From Acutalibacteraceae bacterium (lineage in GTDB: Bacteria > Bacillota > Clostridia > Oscillospirales > Acutalibacteraceae): DNA of 41,972 nt. Under the pieces are notes generated by a model that had not been told where the DNA came from, ran no database searches, and worked only from the letters and a program-made list of their open reading frames with translations. The position numbers and the translations under genes are program-made. The stretch spans positions 1-41,972 of the forward strand of contig JAZREW010000017.1 of assembly GCA_045661005.1 (NCBI GenBank). Direction: 5' to 3'. The first letter of the stretch is position 1; each line of letters begins with the position of its first letter. This document shows, piece after piece, positions 18,610-26,136 of the stretch.

Positions 18610-20298
18610 GTGGCAATCAGCAAAAAGAAAAGACAGCAAATTTCAGTTTTAATTATAGTTGCTGTTGTATTAATTCTTTTATTGTTAGTAGGTATAATTC
18701 TTTATCCTTTAACTGCTAAAAAACAGCAGGGAAATAATACAACTTCAAAGCCATCGGTAGATACTTTGATTGAAAACAATCAAAAAATATCGTATACTGT
18801 TACTGTTAAGATGATAGATAAACAGTATAACCCTATAACAAACACAAAATTTGTTATAAGTCTTAAGGATACAGTTTTAAATACCGATGCTAATGGTTAT
18901 ATAGTTCTTAAAAATTTGCCTCAAGGTCTTTATAAGTTTTATGCTACAGATGTCGATGGTAACAAAAACGAAAAAATCTATTGCGATTTTCAGCTTTCAA
19001 GCGATGGCTCTGTGGCTATAGGTTATGTTTTCTTTGAAAAAGATGCTACCGTTTATATTATGTTTGACGGTAAAACTTTCAAGGGAATTGAAGAAAAGGA
19101 TATTCCTTCTAAAACAGTAGGTAATACAGAAGAAAAAGAAGAAGTAGTATTTGAAGAAGAGGATCAAACCTATACTAATTTTTCTTGGATGCAAAATGTA
19201 GAAAAAGAATACGGTGCATACGGTATAAGTCTTTACAGAGACCCGGAGCTTTTCTACGAAGTGCTTAATAACCCCGATTATTCTTACTTTAACACCTTTT
19301 TATTGCCGGGTAACAACCTAGAGCTAACACTTAAAACTGCTCAGGAATTGGTTAACAAGAATAAAAAGATGTGGTTAGAGGTAAACGAGCTTATAAGCTT
19401 TAAATCCTATGGCGGTCAACCTGTTCCGTCGGGCAACATAATGGCAGATTGGCAAAGCGTGCTTACAGAATGGGCAACAGAAATCAGAGCCGTTGCGGGC
19501 GAAAATTTCCAAGGATTTTATTTTGATGAACCCTCTTATTACTATAACAGTCGAGATTTTACACGTATAACAAAATATATGCGTGAAACCTTTAAGCTAA
19601 GAACATTTGCCTGTCATTGCTCAGTTGCATATATGACACCGTATAACAGAAAAAGAGATATTATAGGTTATTCACCTGCTCCTAATGATCCAATGGTAAT
19701 AAATGCGCAAAATCACAAGTATGTTACAGACGTTGCGTGGTGGCGCTATGGTTCAGTAAGGGATTACGGTGATATAGATGTATCCTTTAACGAGTGGAGC
19801 AAGGCAATGTCACTTTTAGATAAAAACACAAGAAAGTGGTATGTTCCGGCTATAGGTGCTTATTATTGGGATACTCTGGAAACAGACACCTTGGATATAC
19901 AATATACAATGTTTAAAAACAATGCTTCATTAGAGGGATTTGGCGGTATAATGCATTATACTATGAGCCCAAGCTCACTTTCGGGCAGACCTACACCGGT
20001 TAGCGAAGATGATAAGCGTCTTACAGAAAAAGATTTTTATTATGATGCTGACGGTAAAAAGCATATTTCTTTAGACCACAATTACAGCTCTGTAAATCTT
20101 AAAGATGCGTATATGGAGGGTAACGGCGCTTATTATGTTATAAATAAGCTGGAAGACGGTTCTTACCGTTGGCCTAAGGTTAGACAGTATATGGAAATTT
20201 TAGGCAACGGTATAATAAATAATGAATCTTACAACGATATTTTGTCTAAATTAGAAGCTGTGTATAAGCCTGATTTTTCGATATATGAAAAGAAGTAG
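18610..20298 (+). CDS. N-terminally membrane-anchored protein: carboxypeptidase-regulatory-like Ig-fold domain + acidic linker + unassigned ~300-aa domain (paralog 4)
   Basis: GTG start immediately after the upstream TAA (18607-18609), with AGGAGG 9-10 nt upstream. TM anchor QISVLIIVAVVLILLLLVGIILYPL. Ig-like segment VTVKMIDKQYNPITNTKFVISLKDTVLNTDANGYIVLKNLPQGLYKF. From about 19180 the motifs are FSWMQNVEKE, MWLEVNELI, FQGFYFDEPSYYYNSRDF, NHKYVTDVAWWRYGS, KWYVPAIG, GFGGIMHYTM. Confidence 0.8.
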   Translation: MAISKKKRQQISVLIIVAVVLILLLLVGIILYPLTAKKQQGNNTTSKPSVDTLIENNQKISYTVTVKMIDKQYNPITNTKFVISLKDTVLNTDANGYIVLKNLPQGLYKFYATDVDGNKNEKIYCDFQLSSDGSVAIGYVFFEKDATVYIMFDGKTFKGIEEKDIPSKTVGNTEEKEEVVFEEEDQTYTNFSWMQNVEKEYGAYGISLYRDPELFYEVLNNPDYSYFNTFLLPGNNLELTLKTAQELVNKNKKMWLEVNELISFKSYGGQPVPSGNIMADWQSVLTEWATEIRAVAGENFQGFYFDEPSYYYNSRDFTRITKYMRETFKLRTFACHCSVAYMTPYNRKRDIIGYSPAPNDPMVINAQNHKYVTDVAWWRYGSVRDYGDIDVSFNEWSKAMSLLDKNTRKWYVPAIGAYYWDTLETDTLDIQYTMFKNNASLEGFGGIMHYTMSPSSLSGRPTPVSEDDKRLTEKDFYYDADGKKHISLDHNYSSVNLKDAYMEGNGAYYVINKLEDGSYRWPKVRQYMEILGNGIINNESYNDILSKLEAVYKPDFSIYEKK

Positions 20299-20340
20299 CT
20301 TGTACAAAATGTTTTGACTTTTTTAAAACAGGAGGAAAAA

Positions 20341-21666
20341 ATGAAACGTTTTTTATCAATAATGCTATCAATAGTAATGATAGTTTCGCTTTGCGGCGTA
20401 TGCACAGGCTGTTCGGGTAAAAGCGGCGGTTCGGGTAAGGTTAGTGATGTGTTAAAGGGTAAAACCATAAGAATTGCATCATGGGGTAACGTTAAACCTA
20501 CCGCAGGCACCGAAATAGGCGATCTTAAATTAGAGCAGATAGCAGCCGCAGAAGAAAAGTTTGGTTGTACTGTAGAATATGTAACTATTACCGACCTTAC
20601 ACAACAGCTGCTTACCGCTGCTACTACAGGTCAAATAGTTGCAGATGTAATTATGCAACGTGCTCACAGAGTTCAGGATTTACTTTTACAGGGTGAATAT
20701 TTCTGGGCTATGGAGGATTTAGGATTTGACCCTGAGGACGAAATGTATAATACCGACACTAAAAATTACACTCAGAATAACGGTAAAACCTATGGTTTTT
20801 GGTACGATCCTACAGAGCAGGCACAGTTTATGGTATTAAACAAAACCTTGCTTGATATGGTGGGCTTAAAGGTTCCTTATGAGCTGGTTAAAGAGAAAAA
20901 GTGGAATTGGCAAGCTTGGCTTGATATTATGCAGAAAACTACCGATACAAAGTCGGGCATTTACGGTTTTACCGCTTCAGGCACATTTCCAATGGCTATG
21001 ATGTATGCAAACAATACCTCACTTTATGCTAATAAGGATGGCGTTTATAGCTCTAACACAGGTGATACAAGATTGGTTGAAGCTTTTGAGTTTACCTCTA
21101 AATGTATTAACGATTCAAAGGTAATGAAGTACACAATAGGCTCTGCGGCAACTGCTTCTTTAGAAGATTTTGTTGGCGGTAAATGTGCTACTGCTATTGT
21201 TGGTACATATCAAATAAGAGATACTATAAGCAAGCAGATGACAGGAAATTACGGTATTATGCCAATACCTATGGGACCTTCAGCTACTGATTATGTTAAC
21301 GGTAATTCAGAATGTAAAACATTTTGTATTCAAAAAGCTGTAGATAAGGAAGAGGCTATTGCTTTAGTGCAATTTATGAACGAGGCGTTTATCTATCCGC
21401 TTGATATGCGTGATGGCATAGAAAGCTATTATAAATCGATTTGCGGCGACAAAGAAAGCCTTGACGTTATGATGTATTTGCACGATAACGTACCGCTTAC
21501 AGTTTACAGCGAATATACCGCACCCGATTTGCGCAGCGAGGGCGGAGAAATATTATCGGATTTAGCACAAATGGCGGCAGGAAATAAGTCTGCAAAAAGT
21601 ACGTTAGATTCCTATAATAATACGGTTCAATCTTTATTGACCGAATATTACAATAAGGGTAAGTAA
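20341..21666 (+). CDS. Lipoprotein solute-binding protein of a carbohydrate ABC transporter
   Basis: I prefer the ATG at 20341 (MKRFLSIMLSIVMIVSLCGVCTGCSG) because GGAGGAAAAA lies directly upstream; the ORF-track start at 20314 has no RBS. It has a lipobox-like ...TGC and an aromatic-rich SBP body (KTYGFWYDP, KKWNWQAWLDI). Confidence 0.8.
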   Translation: MKRFLSIMLSIVMIVSLCGVCTGCSGKSGGSGKVSDVLKGKTIRIASWGNVKPTAGTEIGDLKLEQIAAAEEKFGCTVEYVTITDLTQQLLTAATTGQIVADVIMQRAHRVQDLLLQGEYFWAMEDLGFDPEDEMYNTDTKNYTQNNGKTYGFWYDPTEQAQFMVLNKTLLDMVGLKVPYELVKEKKWNWQAWLDIMQKTTDTKSGIYGFTASGTFPMAMMYANNTSLYANKDGVYSSNTGDTRLVEAFEFTSKCINDSKVMKYTIGSAATASLEDFVGGKCATAIVGTYQIRDTISKQMTGNYGIMPIPMGPSATDYVNGNSECKTFCIQKAVDKEEAIALVQFMNEAFIYPLDMRDGIESYYKSICGDKESLDVMMYLHDNVPLTVYSEYTAPDLRSEGGEILSDLAQMAAGNKSAKSTLDSYNNTVQSLLTEYYNKGK

Positions 21667-21698
21667 GGATTTAAATTATATTTAAAGGAGAAAAAATT

Positions 21699-22751
21699 AT
21701 GAAAAAAGTATTTAAGTTGTTTTCGGTGATTTGTGCAATAACACTTGTAATTGCGTGCTTTGCAAGCTCATTTACTGCAAATGCGGCTATTCCTACAAGC
21801 CTTACCTTTGCTCAGGTAAGCAAGGCTCCTGCCATTGATGCTACAATAGACGATGTTTACGGTAATCCGGTTTTTGATTTCCGTGCTACCGATACACCCG
21901 TAGGCGAGTGGAATGTATTCCCAAGAGACAAAGAGCGTATGGATCCTGTAATGGATGCATACAACGCTATGAGAGTGGCAGGTTATGTAGTTTTTGATAA
22001 AGACTATCTTTATATGGCTTATGATGTTCATGATGTAGCACCTAAGGTTGCAGATAACTCATCAAAATTCTATAAATCCACAAACCTTCAGTTAGTTTTC
22101 TTTGTTAATGAAAACTTAGGATACATTACAGCAGCTTACGCCGGCACAAATTCTGTACGTGTATTTAACGACGACGGTAACCGCAGCACCATGTCTATAG
22201 ATAATATAGAGTGCAAGCTTGTTGAAAAATCAAAGACTAACTACATCTACGAAATGCGTATTCCTTGGAGCAATTTTCACGAGGTAGAAACACTTTCTGA
22301 TATTACCGATTTTAAATTTGCTATAACACAGACTTCTATGGGTAGTGCCGGCAAATATAAAAACGATGAGGGTAAGGAAGATACCTATGTTTGCTCGGCT
22401 TTCGGTAAAGCGTATGACCTTAATTACGACTCCAGCTTACCTGTTACCTTACAAAAGTTAGCAGCAGATAAAAAGGAAGAAGATAAGACCGAAGCTAAAC
22501 CTGAAAGCAAGGTAGAAACATCTGCTGATACAGGCGCAGTTGGCGACGGTGTTGAATTTGGTGATTCGGCTGATGATAACACTACAAATTCAAATGAAAC
22601 AGTAGCTAACGACGATACAACCACAACAGGCGCAGATACTACAGAGGAAAAGGATAATACATTAATTATTATTCTGGCTATTGTTGCCGTTGTAGTAGTA
22701 GCAGGCGGTGTTTTAGCAATTGTTTTAATTAACAAAGGCTCAAAAGAATAA
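21699..22751 (+). CDS. Surface protein: CBM9/DOMON-like binding domain, acidic Thr/Asp-rich stalk, C-terminal TM anchor
   Basis: Signal peptide ending in FTANA. The motifs AIDATIDDVYG, GYVVFDKDYLYMAYDVHD and YIYEMRIPWSNF resemble carbohydrate-binding family 9-like domains. A low-complexity D/T/E linker follows. The C-terminal helix LIIILAIVAVVVVAGGVLAIVLI is followed by NKGSKE. Confidence 0.6.
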   Translation: MKKVFKLFSVICAITLVIACFASSFTANAAIPTSLTFAQVSKAPAIDATIDDVYGNPVFDFRATDTPVGEWNVFPRDKERMDPVMDAYNAMRVAGYVVFDKDYLYMAYDVHDVAPKVADNSSKFYKSTNLQLVFFVNENLGYITAAYAGTNSVRVFNDDGNRSTMSIDNIECKLVEKSKTNYIYEMRIPWSNFHEVETLSDITDFKFAITQTSMGSAGKYKNDEGKEDTYVCSAFGKAYDLNYDSSLPVTLQKLAADKKEEDKTEAKPESKVETSADTGAVGDGVEFGDSADDNTTNSNETVANDDTTTTGADTTEEKDNTLIIILAIVAVVVVAGGVLAIVLINKGSKE

Positions 22752-22766
22752 AATTTAAAAAAGCTT

Positions 22767-22793
22767 CCGCCTTCCTTTTAAAAGGAAAGGCGG
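22767..22793 (+). terminator. Imperfect palindromic stem-loop after the 21699-22751 gene
   Basis: CCGCCTTCCTTTT / AAAAGGAAAGGCGG with a one-base bulge. There is no clean T-run on the + strand; the T-run is on the complementary side. It is therefore only a moderate terminator call. Confidence 0.45.
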
Positions 22794-22815
22794 AGGCTGA
22801 TATGAAAATGTTTTG

Positions 22816-22843
22816 TTGACAAAGTATAGTCTAATGTTAAAAT
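22816..22843 (+). promoter_or_regulatory. Sigma-A-type promoter for the two-component genes
   Basis: Consensus -35 TTGACA (22816-22821), a 16-nt spacer ending in TGT (extended -10 TGn), and -10 TAAAAT (22838-22843). Confidence 0.6.
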
Positions 22844-22923
22844 AATAGTAATGATATTAGCTGAATATTTCTTTTCGGTTAATATGATTACTATAATTAT
22901 TAATGTTAAAATTAGGGCTGTGT

Positions 22924-24675
22924 ATGAAAATGTTTAAAATCATTTCAAATATAAAATCAAAGCTAGTGTTTAAAATTACGCTTTTTTTCATTATATGTGT
23001 TTTTGTGCCGTTAATTTCAATGACTGCTTTTGTTTTTGCAGATATTAACAGCAAAAAAATAGCAGAAAAAGAAGATTTGGTAAATGATGTGATTTTGGAC
23101 CTTGAACAAAATTTCGAGAGAGAATTAAACAGATATGACAGTATTATATCCTCTTTAATTAAGAATAAAGCGATTATTGAATATCCGGCAAATATCGAGA
23201 ACGAAAGCTTTAAGGCTTTATCTTATGACCTTGTAAACGAATTTACTACCGGTGAAAATGCAGTTTTTAACTCGGTTTCGTTTTATTATTTCGATAAAAG
23301 AATAGAAAATGTTGATAATATATTCTTTTCTGCGAGCGGTGTAGAGCAGGAAATATGGTACAACTTATTTTTCACATCCGGCAAATATGCTTCTTGGAGT
23401 ATGGATATAGGAAATTCGAAAAAAGGTTCATTATACCGTATATCCAAGCTTTTTAACGGTTCTGAAGAAATAGGCGTTTGTGTGGTTGAGGTTAATATTG
23501 AAAAGATTTTGCTTACGGTTTTGGTAGAACTGCAAAGAGATGCGAATATATTTGCATTTAACGCTCAAAAGGAAGAGTTTAATATTAACAGCAATGCAAA
23601 TAAGGAAATAATAAAAACATTAGAAAACAACGGATTTTTCATGCAATCTAATTTAGACCATAGAGTATATTGTTTTAATGATGGTAAATATATTTATGCT
23701 GTTAAAAATATACCAGAGTACAGTCTTTCAATTGGTTGCTACGCCGTTAAAAATATGAATATTTTTTCTGATTCTTCTTTTATTGTTTTAATGATTGTGT
23801 TTGTAGCACTTACTTTATTTGTTTTTATTTTCTATTATTTTATAGTTTCTATTTTTAAAACCGTTAACAGCGATATTGAAAAAATGAATGAGTGTATAGA
23901 AAATAATTTCACAGGAAGACTTAGCATTAAAAGAACTGATGAAATAGGCAAAATTGAAAAGCAGTTTAACCTTATGCTTGATAAATTAGATGCGTTGGGC
24001 AAAAAGAACATATTGCGTGAGCAATCGCAAAAGCAGGCAGAAATTAAAGCCTTGCAAAACCAAATGAATCCGCATTTTATATATAACATGCTTAACACAT
24101 TTAGAATGAAGCTTGTAATAAACGGAGACCAGCAAACCGCAGAGGAAATAGCGAAATTCGGAAAATTAATCCGCTATAATATGCATACAAGAGAAAACTT
24201 TGTTTCGCTGCAAGAAGAAATAATGCATTTGAATTATTATCTTGATTTACAAAACGAAAGATTTACACCCAAAATAATATACGATGTGCAGATACCTGTA
24301 GGCTACGGTGATACTAAAATACCAAAATTTATTTTACAACCGTTGGCAGAAAACTCTATAAAATACGGCAAAAAGGCGTCAACACCGCTTAAAATTACCG
24401 TAGCTTTTGAAGATATTGATTCTGAATGTTTTTTGATTTCCTTTACCGATAACGGAAAGGGTTGCGAGCAAAGAATGGTTCAGGCGCTTAATTCGCAATT
24501 TTCAACCGGCAGATATATTTACAAAAGCGACACCGAAACTTCAAGCACAATAGGTTTAAAAAACATTAACGAAAGATTGCGTCTTATTTACGGTGAAGAA
24601 TACCACATTACTGTAAACAGCGAGCAGGATAATTTCTTTGAGGTGCTTATACGTTTACCAAATGGCAAAAATTAG
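22924..24675 (+). CDS. Sensor histidine kinase, YesM/LytS-YehU class (TM - ~260-aa extracytoplasmic domain - TM - HAMP - His_kinase - HATPase)
   Basis: Two TM segments. A HAMP-like segment (NFTGRLSIKRTDEIGKIEKQFNLMLDKL). The PF06580-type H-box LQNQMNPHFIYNMLNTF. ATPase motifs LQPLAENSIKYG, DNGKG and GLKNINERLRLIYG. The start could be 22903, 22924 or 22930. Confidence 0.88.
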   Translation: MKMFKIISNIKSKLVFKITLFFIICVFVPLISMTAFVFADINSKKIAEKEDLVNDVILDLEQNFERELNRYDSIISSLIKNKAIIEYPANIENESFKALSYDLVNEFTTGENAVFNSVSFYYFDKRIENVDNIFFSASGVEQEIWYNLFFTSGKYASWSMDIGNSKKGSLYRISKLFNGSEEIGVCVVEVNIEKILLTVLVELQRDANIFAFNAQKEEFNINSNANKEIIKTLENNGFFMQSNLDHRVYCFNDGKYIYAVKNIPEYSLSIGCYAVKNMNIFSDSSFIVLMIVFVALTLFVFIFYYFIVSIFKTVNSDIEKMNECIENNFTGRLSIKRTDEIGKIEKQFNLMLDKLDALGKKNILREQSQKQAEIKALQNQMNPHFIYNMLNTFRMKLVINGDQQTAEEIAKFGKLIRYNMHTRENFVSLQEEIMHLNYYLDLQNERFTPKIIYDVQIPVGYGDTKIPKFILQPLAENSIKYGKKASTPLKITVAFEDIDSECFLISFTDNGKGCEQRMVQALNSQFSTGRYIYKSDTETSSTIGLKNINERLRLIYGEEYHITVNSEQDNFFEVLIRLPNGKN

Positions 24676-24701
24676 ATATTTATATTAAAGGAGGGTTTAT
24701 A

Positions 24702-26117
24702 ATGCATATTTTTATTGTGGACGATGAAGAACTGTCATGTCGTGGTTTGGCATATATGGTGAATTGTATTTTTTCTCAAACTCCGCAAGAAATTCACTGC
24801 TTTACAAGCCCTGTTGAAGCACTTTCTAAAATGGAATTGTTTAATCCTGATGTTATTTTGCTTGATATTACTATGGACGAAATGAGCGGTCTTGAATTTA
24901 TAACAAGAATTGATAAAAAGTTTTCGCCTAAGATTGTAATTATCAGCGGTAATAATGATTACAGTATTGTTAGAGAAAGCTTTAAGCTTAGTGTTGTTGA
25001 CTATTTGTTAAAGCCGATTGAGTTTTGCGAGCTTGAAACAATAATGCTTAAAATATCCGATACAGAAAATTCTGTAAAAGCTCAGGAAACAACCGCCGAT
25101 AATCAGGATGATTATTCGTGGGGATTTGTGGCGGTTTTCAAGAATAGAATAGGGGATGAGCTTACAAATAAAATTATAAATATCCCTAAAATATGCGGTC
25201 TTAAAGAATATGTTTCGGTTTTAACGTATGATGAAGAATATAACTATTCTGTATATATTTTTTCTATGCAAAGCAAAGAAAATTATCCTAACTGCAAAAG
25301 CGCATTAATTGATATTTTTAATGAGCTGGCAAGGTTAACCGGGCAAGCTTTTAAGGGCGCTTATTCAAACTGCGTTAGGGCGGACGAAATAAGCAAGGCT
25401 ATAAAAGAGGCAAAAGATATTTTAAAAAGCCGACTTTATGATAGCTATTCTACTTGTTACGGACCGGAAGAAAAAATTGAAATTGCAGAGATTGAGGATT
25501 CGGATTTTATAATTGACCTAGAGGCACTTACACCGTTTTTGAATACAGACGATGAAAATTCTTATATGTGTTTTGTAGATACTTGGTTTAGCAAGGAAGA
25601 ATTATTGCAACTAAGCTACGAAAATATTAAGGCGAGATATTCGTTGTTTGAAAGTAAGCTTTTAAGAGAAATTAATTCAGATAAAATTAATTTACAAATT
25701 AAAAATTTTGAAGAATTTGATACCGCAGAAGAAATTACAGCTTACGTTAAACGTATGATTTTTGCTGTGCTTGAGTTTTTGAAAAACAATAAATTTGAAG
25801 TTAATATTATGAGCGAAGCCTTTAAGTATATAGAAGAAAATTACAATAAAGATATTAACCTTAGCTTTATGAGTAGCAAGTTTAATTTAAGCTATAGCTA
25901 CTTTAGCAGAATTTTTAAGATGTATGCGGGTGTTTCTTTTACGCAGTATTTGCTTAAAATACGAATGGAAAAGGCGAAGGAATTATTAATGCTTTCGCCA
26001 AATCTTAAAATAAAAGAAGTTGCATTAATGGTGGGTTACGATTACGATAACGTTCAAAATTTCACCAGAGCCTTTAAAAAATATTTTGGCAGATCGCCAC
26101 AGCATTATAAAGGTTAA
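24702..26117 (+). CDS. Response regulator with AraC-type HTH output (YesN-like)
   Basis: REC domain (IFIVDDEE, VILLDITMDEMSG, LLKP), a long middle region, and a C-terminal AraC HTH (SYSYFSRIFKMYAGVSFTQYLLKIRMEKAKELL ... FTRAFKKYFGRSPQHYK). Confidence 0.9.
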   Translation: MHIFIVDDEELSCRGLAYMVNCIFSQTPQEIHCFTSPVEALSKMELFNPDVILLDITMDEMSGLEFITRIDKKFSPKIVIISGNNDYSIVRESFKLSVVDYLLKPIEFCELETIMLKISDTENSVKAQETTADNQDDYSWGFVAVFKNRIGDELTNKIINIPKICGLKEYVSVLTYDEEYNYSVYIFSMQSKENYPNCKSALIDIFNELARLTGQAFKGAYSNCVRADEISKAIKEAKDILKSRLYDSYSTCYGPEEKIEIAEIEDSDFIIDLEALTPFLNTDDENSYMCFVDTWFSKEELLQLSYENIKARYSLFESKLLREINSDKINLQIKNFEEFDTAEEITAYVKRMIFAVLEFLKNNKFEVNIMSEAFKYIEENYNKDINLSFMSSKFNLSYSYFSRIFKMYAGVSFTQYLLKIRMEKAKELLMLSPNLKIKEVALMVGYDYDNVQNFTRAFKKYFGRSPQHYKG

Positions 26118-26136
26118 TTTATAATAAGGAATTGAT

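Noticed and set aside
20314-20340. The ORF-track start of the second SBP at 20314 (MTFLKQEEK...).
   Set aside because: The ATG at 20341 is preceded by GGAGGAAAAA and yields a normal lipoprotein signal peptide. The nine extra residues would bury the RBS in coding sequence.
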